From Acidobacteriota bacterium (GTDB lineage Bacteria; Acidobacteriota; UBA6911; RPQK01; JAJDTT01): 64,000 bases of DNA. Both the position numbers and the translations under genes were made by a program. Below are positions 30,168-39,829 of this stretch, in pieces. Below the pieces are notes generated by a model. The model saw only the letters and a list, made by a program, of their open reading frames with translations. It ran no database searches and was not told the origin of the DNA. Where the stretch lies: positions 2,944,001 through 3,008,000 of the forward strand of contig OZ242374.1 of NCBI GenBank assembly GCA_965209055.1, in the 5' to 3' direction. Positions within the stretch are counted from its first letter, which is position 1; every line of letters begins with the position of its first letter.

Positions 30168-31256
30168 CTAGTCATTCCCCCTATTTCCTGCCTGTTGCCT
30201 GTTTGTTGCCGGGCGCATTTGTGAGTCTTCGGTAGCCTGTGCCTCCCGAATGCTGGCCAGCGCGTGGGAACTGACGTACCCGGCGTAGCGCATCGTCGTG
30301 CTGATTGCCGAGTGACCCATCAGCTTCTGCACCGTCCTCACGTCCACCCCCTGCATCAGCCAATGGCTGCACCGGAATCGTCTCAGGTCGTGAAATCCGA
30401 CCTTCAACCCCACCCGCTCGGCGGCCCGGCGCAACGGCTTGTCCGGATTCACCCATCTCGTCCCGGTCCGGGTGTTGACGAAGACGTAAGGGGTGTTCAG
30501 GTAGCGAACCAGCCCGGCCAGGTATCCAGCAGCGTACTTCGACAGCGGGATCTCCCTCGTCTCGTCGTTCTTGGTGAATTCCACCCATAGCAGCCTCCGG
30601 GATAGGTCCACCCGTTTCCAGGTGAGCGACAACGCTTCGCCTTTTCGAATCCCCGTCTCGCCGATCACCGCAACCATGGCTTGCAGGTATGGGTTGTCCA
30701 TTGCCCCGACCAGGTCGCGGAACTGTTGAACCGTCAAGGGCCGGAAGACCTTCTTGGGTTCTTTCAGTTTGGGGAATCTCACCAGCGGGTGCGTGTCCAC
30801 TTCCCCGCACTCCAGCGCGTAGGAAAACAGCTTGCTGATGGCGGCGATGTCGCGGTTCACCGTGGCCGGCTGCACTTGCTTCTTTCTCTTGGCGACGTAG
30901 CGGTACAGGTCCTTGCGTTGGAACTCCTTCAGGGGAATGTTCCCCAGCATGGCGTTGAGGCTCTTGAAGGAGAGCGCATAGCGACGCCGGGAGCGCATGC
31001 GAGGTTTGCAGTACTCCTCGAAGAAACGCTCGTAGAAGCTCCGGACCGTCCAGACGGTGCGGTTCCCGCCGGCGAGTTCCTCCTTGAGCTGCTTCCATGT
31101 GCCGTCCAGGATGCTGGACTCGATTCGTGTTTGAAGCGCCTGTGCGCTCCGGTAGTTGGGGGCGTACATTCTGAGCCGACCGGATCCGTGCGGCCAGTAC
31201 TTGCTGACGACATAGCGTCGTCTCCCCCGGCGATCCTTCACCTTGTAGATGCCCAT
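30168..31256 (-). CDS. tyrosine recombinase/integrase, 362 aa
   Basis: RBS AGGAG before MGIYKV; PATVNR, TGIRKGE, TKN, FHDLRR, MGHS, RY. Confidence 0.95.
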   Translation of the reverse strand: MGIYKVKDRRGRRRYVVSKYWPHGSGRLRMYAPNYRSAQALQTRIESSILDGTWKQLKEELAGGNRTVWTVRSFYERFFEEYCKPRMRSRRRYALSFKSLNAMLGNIPLKEFQRKDLYRYVAKRKKQVQPATVNRDIAAISKLFSYALECGEVDTHPLVRFPKLKEPKKVFRPLTVQQFRDLVGAMDNPYLQAMVAVIGETGIRKGEALSLTWKRVDLSRRLLWVEFTKNDETREIPLSKYAAGYLAGLVRYLNTPYVFVNTRTGTRWVNPDKPLRRAAERVGLKVGFHDLRRFRCSHWLMQGVDVRTVQKLMGHSAISTTMRYAGYVSSHALASIREAQATEDSQMRPATNRQQAGNRGND

Positions 31257-31916
31257 AGCATCTCCTCCTTTCTGGATCCGGGTTCTTCGCCGTGGGGCGA
31301 ATCCTACCACGGCGCCAGAGAATCGACGTCGGCGTTCAGGTCCTTCAGAGCGAGGACGCGGCGGCGGCTCCATCCAGATCACAACGGCGGGCCGATTTCG
31401 TCCTGGTCCGCGATTCCGGCAAGCCGGAACGGATGACGGACCGGGGGGAACTCTCCCCCCAGACCCCCCAGTGGCGCCCTCAAAGAGTCAGGCTCACCAT
31501 GCCGGACTCTTTTTCACGCGCTCCTGTTTGTCGCGTCCCATATGAATGGGTCCCTCGCGCGGTCTCGGACGGCTTCCAGCCGGGAGCAGGATTTCTTTCG
31601 TGGAAGGTGCTGATTGTGGGGTCAGCAAAACGACGCACCCTGTGGGAAATCTCTGATTTTCCACACGGTGGGGAGGCTCGAACCCAGGGCCTCGGCGCTC
31701 ACTGGAAGGGATTTTCAGTTGGTAGGTGTCTCTTCTTCTTGTCCGGTCAAAATCTTTCTCGTAGCTCTGACAGCCACAGCGCGGACAGCGGTAAGCGCGG
31801 CGGCCGCGGAGCTTCTCCACCGCCTGCTTCCTGAGGGCCTCCAGCCGTTCCTGGTTGTTGTGGATATCAGGGATGCTCCTGCATCCCATCTTGCCCGTCA
31901 GGGTGTCATCTCTTGC

Positions 31917-32058
31917 CTTCCCGCTAGGGATAATTTCGACGGGAGCGACCCCCCCAGGGGGTGCTGCGCAAATGTGAATTGCGCAACACCCCCGCGCCCG
32001 CACTGGGCGGCAAAAAGGGGGGGTCGCTCCCGTCCACCTCCATTTTCCCCGTGCGGCC
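31917..32058 (-). ncRNA. structured non-coding motif copy C
   Basis: near-identical reverse complement of copy D. Confidence 0.45.
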
Positions 32059-32790
32059 ACCCGGTGGCCGGAAATGGGGCCGCAACTGACTGAAAGGAAA
32101 AAAGATCGGGGAGAGTGCATTTGTGAGTCACCGGGACCGCTTTTTGTGAATCCACCCCCTTTGTCCCATTCACATCCCGGAGCGGGCGCGAGACCCTCTT
32201 GACGCACTGCCGAAACGAGCCTCCATTGGCCCTTGCGACTGCCAAGTGCGTTCACCGTCAATCACGACCTGGAAGGAGCGACTTTCCGCCGCTGGTTGCA
32301 ACTCGACCGCCCGCTTCAGTGCGGCCGTCACCCTGCCTTAGGAGTTGAGGCGGCCCTGGTCGGTCGAGTGCCCCGGAATCGACACGGACGACGACGGTCC
32401 GGTCGGCCTCGACGGCAATCGGCGGCTTGAGCGCGAAGTCGCATCGGGTCTTCCCCACCGTGCCGTAGTACAGTTGCCGGGGATGCCGATTCTTGGGAAT
32501 GCCCCGCCGTTCGAAGCCGGACACCTTCGGCCTCAGGCAGAGTCCTCCGGTGGGGCCAAACGGTCGGCAAAGCCAATCGGATAAGGTCTTTGAGCCAGGC
32601 AACGGAAGGGGAAAAAGGGCGCGTCGGCTTTCAGGAACCGATCCGGCTGCCTGTTTGTTGCCTGTTCAGTATGTCAAACATGGGGAGTCAATCACTTTTC
32701 CGATTCGGCGAAGAACCCGGTAAATGATTGAAAACGTTAACGTTCGGTAGTCTTTGACTGTGGGACAGTTGGGACTAACAGTCCCCCCTC

Positions 32791-34146
32791 CTAGACCTTC
32801 TCCGGAACCTCGAACGGCTTCCGGTACTCGCGCCGCAACAGCCGGCTCGCCTCCTCGTCTCCCGGGATGGTCTCGGTGACCGGATCGAACCGGACTTCCC
32901 GGCCCACCCGGTGGGAGATGTTGGCCAGCTCGCAGAAGATGCCCGACCGGTGAGTCACCTCGATGTCCGCCGTCAGGACGTCTCTGTCTCCGGCCCGCAG
33001 GGCGTTGACGAAGTTCTGGTAGTGGCCCCAACCTTCCAGATCCGGCGGGTTGGGCTCCGCCTTCTTGTTCCGTCCCAGAAAGACCTGGTAGTCGCACCCG
33101 GCGCCCCGCTTCTGGATCCTGTGTTTCATGTGGATGTAGCCTTCGGTGCCGTAGAGGTCCCAGGTGAATTCGGCCATCCATTGCAACCTGGGCTCGGGAT
33201 AGACGGCGCGCCGGGGTACGACGCGGCCATGATCCGAGTAGAGATTCCGCAGGTCGCAGGTGAGCAGGGAACCGTCCTGGAACTCGAAGGTGGCCCGGTG
33301 CGTGTTGGGGGTCTCGGCCTGGTCCTCCGCTCCGAAACGGCCACCTCCCGAATGGGCCCGGACCGGAACCTCCTGGCCCATGATCCAGCGGCAGACGTCG
33401 ATGATGTGGATCCCGTTGTTGCCCATCTCCCCGTTGCCGAAGTCCCAGAACCAGTGCCAGTTGTAGTGCACCAGGTTCCGGTGGAAGGCCTGGTCCGGCG
33501 CCGGTCCCAGCCAGAGGTTCCAATCCAGCCAGGAGGGAGGCGGTTCCGCAGGCTTGAAGCCCAACGGATCCCTGGGACGGGGGAACTCGCAGCGCGCCCA
33601 GTAGACCCGGCCGATCAGCCCGTCCCGGACCAGTTGGGCCACCCGGCGGAAGGAGCCGCTGGAGCGGCGGTTGGTTCCGCCCTGGACGATGCGGTCGTAC
33701 TTGCGGGCGGCCTCCACCAGCTTGCGGCCTTCCCAGACGTTGTGGGCGATGGGCTTTTCCACGTAGACGTGCTTGCCGGCCTGGCATGCCCAGATTCCGG
33801 CCAGGGCGTGCCAGTGGTTGCAGGTGGCGATGGTGACGGCGTCGATGGACGTATCGTCCATGATCCGTCTCAGGTCCTTCTCGATCCGGGGCCTCCTGCC
33901 GCTGATTTTCTGAGCCTGTTCCGCCTTCTCCAGGGCCCGCCGTTCGTCCACGTCGCAGACCACGGCCAGATCCACACCCTCGTTTTCCAGGATCTCTTCC
34001 ACCAGGCGGCGGCCGCGGCCGCCGGCCCCGATCAACGCCACCCGGATACGGTTGTTGGCGCCGGCCCAGGCCTTGGCGGTTCCGATCAGGGAGGCTCCCG
34101 CCCAGGTGGAGGACTTGAGGAATTGTCGACGCTTCACTTCTGCCAT
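32791..34146 (-). CDS. Gfo/Idh/MocA oxidoreductase with Tat signal
   Basis: KRRQFLK, IGAGGRG, VYVEKP, WLGPAP. Confidence 0.93.
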   Translation of the reverse strand: MAEVKRRQFLKSSTWAGASLIGTAKAWAGANNRIRVALIGAGGRGRRLVEEILENEGVDLAVVCDVDERRALEKAEQAQKISGRRPRIEKDLRRIMDDTSIDAVTIATCNHWHALAGIWACQAGKHVYVEKPIAHNVWEGRKLVEAARKYDRIVQGGTNRRSSGSFRRVAQLVRDGLIGRVYWARCEFPRPRDPLGFKPAEPPPSWLDWNLWLGPAPDQAFHRNLVHYNWHWFWDFGNGEMGNNGIHIIDVCRWIMGQEVPVRAHSGGGRFGAEDQAETPNTHRATFEFQDGSLLTCDLRNLYSDHGRVVPRRAVYPEPRLQWMAEFTWDLYGTEGYIHMKHRIQKRGAGCDYQVFLGRNKKAEPNPPDLEGWGHYQNFVNALRAGDRDVLTADIEVTHRSGIFCELANISHRVGREVRFDPVTETIPGDEEASRLLRREYRKPFEVPEKV

Positions 34147-34230
34147 GATCGTTCTCCCTGCGGACGCTGCTCAGACGGCGACCCGCAATGAGGGGGCCCC
34201 TACGGTCCCTATAATCCCCGGCGGAACGGT

Positions 34231-35346
34231 TCAGACCGGCTGGCTGACGCCGGTCTCCGCTGCCTTGTAGGCGCTGAAGACGACTTTCAGGACGTGGAGA
34301 GAATCCTCTCCCGTGAGCGGCGGATTCCCCATGCCGCGTCCCAGGTCCACCAGAGATTGGACCAGGGGGTAGTAGCTGCTGGGCCCGGTCTCGAAGTCGT
34401 GCACCTGGATTTTCCGAGGCGCGTCCGGGTGGGTCGAGTACCAATGCATGGGACCCTTCAGGAGGTTCATCCGGAGCCAACCCTTGGAGCCCCAGAGCTT
34501 GACGCCCAGGTGATATCCCCGGTCCAGGTAGTAGCCGCCATGGTAGGTTCCCACCATCCCTCCCTTGAACCGGAGGGCCAGGGCCACCGAATCCTCGATT
34601 TCCACCGGTTGGCCGCCCACGTTCCGGGTGACGGCGGAGACCTGCTCGATGCGGTCGCCGGTGAGGTATTGCACCAGGTCCAGGTAGTGGATCCCCAGCC
34701 AGATGAGCTGGCCTCCTCCGGCTTTGTCCTTGAACGCCAGCCAGGACTCCTGGTATCGGGGCCGGGTCAGACGGGTCTGGTCGGCGACGAAGACCAGGTG
34801 GGCGCCGAAGGGATCGCCCAGAAAACCGGACTGGATCAGTTCCCGGGCCTTGAGAACCGCCGGGTGAAGCCTCGACCCCAGGGCCAGCATCAGGTTCAGC
34901 TTCCTGGAATCGGCGAGCCGGACCAGTGGCTCGAAGTCCTCGGCCCGGACGCAGGCCGGTTTTTCGGCCAGGACGTGAGCGCCCGCCTCCAGGGACTCGC
35001 GGATCGGCGGGGGCGCCAAGTGGGCGGCCAGACTGACGAGGACCGCGCGCGGCTTCGCCTCCCGCAGCATCTTGCCGTGGTCCTGATACGTGGTGAGCTT
35101 CCCGCCCAGGACTTCACCGGCCCGGTCGAAGGTGGTTCCGCTCTCGTCCGAAAGGGCGACGGAGGCGACGCCCTGGGCCTGGGCCAAGGCTTTCAGGTAA
35201 ATACCCAGGTGAGGCCCTCTCTCCTGGGTGATGACGCCCACCGGGATGCCGTCACCGGCAGCGCCGATCCGGGTCGCCCGGGAGAAGGCCAGGGAAGAGA
35301 CCAGAGTTCCGCCGGCGGTCTTCTTGAGGAATGTTCTTCGTTTCAT
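34231..35346 (-). CDS. Gfo/Idh/MocA oxidoreductase with Tat signal
   Basis: KRRTFLK, HVLAEKP, GGGQLIWLGIHYLD. Confidence 0.92.
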   Translation of the reverse strand: MKRRTFLKKTAGGTLVSSLAFSRATRIGAAGDGIPVGVITQERGPHLGIYLKALAQAQGVASVALSDESGTTFDRAGEVLGGKLTTYQDHGKMLREAKPRAVLVSLAAHLAPPPIRESLEAGAHVLAEKPACVRAEDFEPLVRLADSRKLNLMLALGSRLHPAVLKARELIQSGFLGDPFGAHLVFVADQTRLTRPRYQESWLAFKDKAGGGQLIWLGIHYLDLVQYLTGDRIEQVSAVTRNVGGQPVEIEDSVALALRFKGGMVGTYHGGYYLDRGYHLGVKLWGSKGWLRMNLLKGPMHWYSTHPDAPRKIQVHDFETGPSSYYPLVQSLVDLGRGMGNPPLTGEDSLHVLKVVFSAYKAAETGVSQPV

Positions 35347-35409
35347 GGTGCGGGCCGTTCCGATGATTGTCGCTCAGTCTAGCACGGCCGGAGCGGACCG
35401 GCCGTACGG

Positions 35410-37437
35410 TTAGAGTCTCTCCAACCGCACATCTCCCGGCTCGGACTGCACGGTCCACAGGTCACGTCCCCGATCCATCCCCACGACGATCGACCGGGAC
35501 CCGTCGTTTTCGAGCGAACTGGTGGCGATTCCGACCGCTGGCTGCCTGTTCGCCCCGTAGGGAGCGAAGACCGCAACGAAGGTGGCTTCGGCGGCCCTGC
35601 GGCGCCGGATGCAGGTAGAGAGAGTTTCGGATGCCGGGTTGGACGGAGCCGTACCCAGAAACATCGGGCCGGAAGGCTCCAGAGGATGCAGATCCAGCAG
35701 TCCACCCTGATGCCGCCAACTGAGCCTCCTGGTGGCCGACTCCGGGACCTGGCCCTCGAGCCGCACGTGGACGTAACCACCGTCGCCGGCCAACATCGGG
35801 GCCGGAGTCAAGTCCACTGGCTCCCCGATCCGCTCCCCGCGCACCTGACAGACCCAGTCCAGGTCTCGAACCGTGGGACACCGCACCTGGAGCAGGTCCA
35901 CGAAGTAGTGCTCCCGCCAGAGCAGGATTCTCCGCATCTCGACTCCGGTGTAAGCCCCCTCGTCCCAAGAGACGGAGGCGTCGCACACCGAATACCGGTC
36001 GTCGGAATAGTAGTAGTTGATCATTCCCTCGGCCAGCGGCTGGGACAGGCCGTCCACCAGCGCCGTGGCGTGGCTGGCCGTCTGCTGATACCAGGTGTCA
36101 TTGAGCTCGATGCCGTATCCGGGGGTTCCCAGGTCGGGCAACCAGGGAGACCCGTGGGCGAAGAGCTGGATCCTGAGCTGGTCGTGGTGTCCGTGAACCC
36201 CTCCGTCCGGACCCGCCTTGAAGATCAGATGACTTCCGTTCTTGCGGTCCCCGCCGCGCAGCACGGCGAACCCCAGATCCTCCATGTGGAGGCTCTTCCA
36301 TTCCGGTTCCTCCCCGGATGGGATCTCCCGGGCGCCGTCCAGGAGAGCCTCGAAGCAGCTCCGGGGGCGGTCCTCATAGTTCTGCTGCAGGACCCAGGCG
36401 AAAACCGGGTCCCGCAACCAGCCGTAGGCGGTTTCGTAGAAGCCGTCCGCTTCCGGGATCCCGTGGCCGACCCGTTGCTGCAGGCCGATGAAATACCAGC
36501 AGTCGTTCACGGCCGGGAGCTTCAGGTCCGGGAAGGAGATGAGGATCGGCGCCAGGAACATCCGCTTGAGGATTCCGCCGTCGTCGAAGGAGCGGCCCGA
36601 AGCCCGCAGGACCCGGAGTGTCCAGACCACGGCGTCCAACATGTAGTAGTGATAGCTGAGGGAGCCCTCCCACCAGATGCCGTCGTGGGAGACTCCCTGG
36701 GTCAATTGAGGCTCCAGGCCCAGGTCGCCGCCCAGCGCCACCTCGAGCAGGTCCTCGTCCTCCAGCACCAGCGCCAGAGTGGCCAGCGCCGCATTGTTCC
36801 AATTCGTGGCGTTGTGGATCTCGGGCCATCGAACTCGCTGGATGTGCTCGGCGCCGGGCCGAAACATCTGTTGGGACAATCGGTCGGCCGACCCTTCAGG
36901 AAGCGTCTCCTCCAGGAGGGCAAAGGCCCAGCACATGCGAATCAGCCAGACCGACTCGTCCAGTCCCGACCAGGCGACGATCCCGGGATGGTTGGGGTGA
37001 TCCAGGGGAGGAGGCTCCATGTGCCGGTAGCGTTCGGCGTAGGTGAACAGGATCCGGCTGGACAGGTCGCGGTCCGCCCGGGCCTGTTCGCCTTGTCCGC
37101 CGGTGAGATGGCTCCGGAAGGCGAGCTTCAGGGCGGCGTCGCTGAGCATGTCGTTCACCGACCACCGCCAGGCGCTGTCGTACGGCTCGCCGCTGTAGAC
37201 GGCGCCGCACACAGGACAGAGGTGACGGTGCGGCTCCCGTGGGTCGTAAACGAATTGGGCGGCGCACTCGGGACAGAAAAATTCGTGGTAGTAGCCGGCC
37301 TGGTGCGTGGGGACCTGGGGCAGGAACCGGTGGTAATCGGCGAGTCGTTGGTCCAGCGCCTCCCGGGCGGCGGAGAAGGAGGGGTCCGAGGCGCGCCGGC
37401 GCAGGTCCCGGCTCCATTCCGGTGTCAGAAGAGTCAT
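35410..37437 (-). CDS. heparinase II/III-family (oligo-alginate-lyase-like) polysaccharide lyase
   Basis: IHNATNW, DGIWWEGSLSYHYY, GGVHGHHDQL, DLGTPGYG; ATG overlaps the upstream stop. Confidence 0.85.
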   Translation of the reverse strand: MTLLTPEWSRDLRRRASDPSFSAAREALDQRLADYHRFLPQVPTHQAGYYHEFFCPECAAQFVYDPREPHRHLCPVCGAVYSGEPYDSAWRWSVNDMLSDAALKLAFRSHLTGGQGEQARADRDLSSRILFTYAERYRHMEPPPLDHPNHPGIVAWSGLDESVWLIRMCWAFALLEETLPEGSADRLSQQMFRPGAEHIQRVRWPEIHNATNWNNAALATLALVLEDEDLLEVALGGDLGLEPQLTQGVSHDGIWWEGSLSYHYYMLDAVVWTLRVLRASGRSFDDGGILKRMFLAPILISFPDLKLPAVNDCWYFIGLQQRVGHGIPEADGFYETAYGWLRDPVFAWVLQQNYEDRPRSCFEALLDGAREIPSGEEPEWKSLHMEDLGFAVLRGGDRKNGSHLIFKAGPDGGVHGHHDQLRIQLFAHGSPWLPDLGTPGYGIELNDTWYQQTASHATALVDGLSQPLAEGMINYYYSDDRYSVCDASVSWDEGAYTGVEMRRILLWREHYFVDLLQVRCPTVRDLDWVCQVRGERIGEPVDLTPAPMLAGDGGYVHVRLEGQVPESATRRLSWRHQGGLLDLHPLEPSGPMFLGTAPSNPASETLSTCIRRRRAAEATFVAVFAPYGANRQPAVGIATSSLENDGSRSIVVGMDRGRDLWTVQSEPGDVRLERL

Positions 37438-38498
37438 CTTCGATAGGCCTCCAGGGTGATCTCGGCGATTCGGTCCCAGTCGTAACGTTGGATGCTCGCC
37501 AGTGCGGTCCGGTATGCCTCTTCCAGGTCCCAGCCGCGGATTCCCTGCATGGCATCCAGGAGCGCGCCCGGCCGATCCGGGTCGTAGAGCAGACCGCCTC
37601 CCGGAAGGATGACCTCCGGCAGGCAGCCCATGTTCGGCGCGATCACGGGGCGGGACTCGGAAAGGGCCAGGGTGACGGTCCCCGACGACATGGTGGCCAA
37701 AAACGGCAGCACGACGGCGTTGGTGGCGCGCAGCACCCGGATCATGTCCGGCGTCGGTACCCGCGGCTCGACGATCTTGTCCAGGATCCGCGGGTGTCCG
37801 GCGGCCAGCTTTCGAATCTTGTCCAGGTAGGGCCTGTAGCGTCCCCCGCCGGCCAGCAGGAGCCAGGAATCCTCTCCCGGCACCCTGCGGAAGGTCTCGA
37901 TCAGAGTCTCCAGACCCTTGTAGGGCAGGACTCCCCCGATGAAGCCATACGCGAAGTCCCTGGCCGGAATGCCCAAATCCCGGCGGGCCTCCCTCTGGGT
38001 GGCGATGTCCGGGTAGACCCCGATGAAATGACCGTGGGGCGCCAGGAAGATGTCGTGGGAACGTCCGAAAGTTGCCCGCACGCCCTCGGCGGACGCCGCG
38101 CAATGGGCGATGATGGCCGTGCAGAGCCGGCACATGTGGAGCCGGAACTCGTGATCGATGTATTGGTGGGTCCGGTTGTGCGGGTAGATGTTATGGGCGG
38201 TCCAGACCACCTTGTAACCCAGTTCCCGGGCCAGCTCCAGGGAGGCGGCCATTTCCTCCATCTGCCGCTGCATGATTCGCGCGTCGTCGTTGTAGTAGTC
38301 GTGATGGGGCCAGTGGAGATGCAGGACCTGGATCCTGCCCTGGTTCCTGCGGAGATACTCGAGACTGTAGTCCGTCTCGAAGACCATTTCCACGCCGCGC
38401 CGCTCCAGGGCTTCCGCCAGGAGCGCCCCGTAGGGGTTGTTCCCCTCGTGGTTGGCGGGGAGGCGTTTCTGCTGGTGGTAGTAGAAGGCGACGCGCAA
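37434..38498 (-). CDS. glycosyltransferase (GT-B, GT4-like)
   Basis: NPY, HLHWP, WTAHN, PYKG, SSG..LA, YDW. Confidence 0.85.
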   Translation of the reverse strand: MRVAFYYHQQKRLPANHEGNNPYGALLAEALERRGVEMVFETDYSLEYLRRNQGRIQVLHLHWPHHDYYNDDARIMQRQMEEMAASLELARELGYKVVWTAHNIYPHNRTHQYIDHEFRLHMCRLCTAIIAHCAASAEGVRATFGRSHDIFLAPHGHFIGVYPDIATQREARRDLGIPARDFAYGFIGGVLPYKGLETLIETFRRVPGEDSWLLLAGGGRYRPYLDKIRKLAAGHPRILDKIVEPRVPTPDMIRVLRATNAVVLPFLATMSSGTVTLALSESRPVIAPNMGCLPEVILPGGGLLYDPDRPGALLDAMQGIRGWDLEEAYRTALASIQRYDWDRIAEITLEAYRR

Positions 38499-38538
38499 GA
38501 TGAACCCGGGAGTCCGATCCGGCCGGCAAAAAGATGGC

Positions 38539-39693
38539 TCAGCGCGGGTCGGGCTCGATGAAGAAGACGTATTCGTTGGTGTCCCGTCCGTCGTAGATGA
38601 TGCTGTATTCCACCATCAATTTGAGCGGCTCCTCGTCGTTGTACCGGTTGATGATGCAATTGTGGCTGTAGCCGTCGGGGTGCCGGGTATCTCCGCTGAC
38701 GATGATCCCGCCGCCCCAGTCGATGCCGTCGTCGGACTGGTAGAGGACGAAACGGCGGCTGCCTTCCCCCTCCTGGCCTGACCGTCCGTGCAGGTAGTAC
38801 TTGCCCCCCAGATAGGCCAGCTCCGGATCGCGGATCATCTTGTCCACGTAGGTCTTCCGCTGCTCGCCCCAGGTATGCCCCTGATCCTGGCTGATGCAGT
38901 AGTAGAAGTGGTGCTCGTCCTTTTCCGTGTAGGCGCCGGCCAACAGGCGCCCGTCCGCCATAACGACCATGGTCCCGTACCACTTGTCGTCGTCGAGCGG
39001 CAGCGTGCTCCTCCGGGTCCAGCTCAGTCCGTCGTCGCTGCTCGAGTAGAGGACGTGGGGACCGCCGTCTTTGCTGTCATACAGGACGTAGTTGGTTTCG
39101 CCGGACACCGCCACGGCACAGGGATACCCGACGAAGTCGCCATCGATGGGCTGGTAGTCGCTCCAGGTGGCGCCGTGATCCAGGCTCCTCATGAATCCGC
39201 TGTCCCTTTTGCCCTCGCCGAACCTGAAATGGGTCAGGAACAGGACTGCGGTTCCCTTTTCGGTGACCAGACCCTCCTCGACCCAGACGGATCGCTTCCG
39301 CTCCGCGTCGTACTGGTCATAGGAGTATTGGAACTTGTTGTACCTCTTCCAGGTCCGGCCGCCGTCGGAGCTCTCGGCGTATTCGGTCCAACCGTCCACG
39401 TTGTGGTCGGTGGTGTTGGTATGGAAGGCCACGATCCGGCCGTCGGCATACTCCATGCAGACGGGCCCGCCGTGGGTGCAGCGTCCGGGAGCGTCGTTCT
39501 CGAGATCGGCAATGATGTCCCCGAAGATGTCATCGCCAAGCTCAGTGGACGGATCGTAGTCGTAGATTCGCGCGCCGTCGATTCGCCCCGGATCGACAGC
39601 CTCATCGGGGGATGCGTCCTGGACCACGTCGCCGGTTCCGCAACCGAAGACGATCATGACTGCGATCACGGAGACTGTTGCTCTGATGATCAT
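38539..39693 (-). CDS. BNR/Asp-box sialidase-like lipoprotein
   Basis: lipobox VFGC; repeated SxDxGxTW boxes. Confidence 0.8.
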   Translation of the reverse strand: MIIRATVSVIAVMIVFGCGTGDVVQDASPDEAVDPGRIDGARIYDYDPSTELGDDIFGDIIADLENDAPGRCTHGGPVCMEYADGRIVAFHTNTTDHNVDGWTEYAESSDGGRTWKRYNKFQYSYDQYDAERKRSVWVEEGLVTEKGTAVLFLTHFRFGEGKRDSGFMRSLDHGATWSDYQPIDGDFVGYPCAVAVSGETNYVLYDSKDGGPHVLYSSSDDGLSWTRRSTLPLDDDKWYGTMVVMADGRLLAGAYTEKDEHHFYYCISQDQGHTWGEQRKTYVDKMIRDPELAYLGGKYYLHGRSGQEGEGSRRFVLYQSDDGIDWGGGIIVSGDTRHPDGYSHNCIINRYNDEEPLKLMVEYSIIYDGRDTNEYVFFIEPDPR

Positions 39694-39829
39694 CCTGCTC
39701 CCCGTCCTCTCGGGCGTCCGCATCGGTTCGCGAGATACTACCACTTCGGAAGGGAAGTGAGGAGTCGTTTCTCGCCGCTCATCTTCCGTGTAGACTTGGC
39801 CCGCAACGTCAAGTCGAGGCCGGAAAACC

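Larger units (their letters stand above)
30087..32785 (-). mobile_element. ~2.7 kb tyrosine-recombinase element, copy 1
   Basis: identical 15-bp palindrome GGGACTAACAGTCCC at 30087-30101 and 32771-32785; homology to copy 2 ends within a few bases of these sites. Confidence 0.92.
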
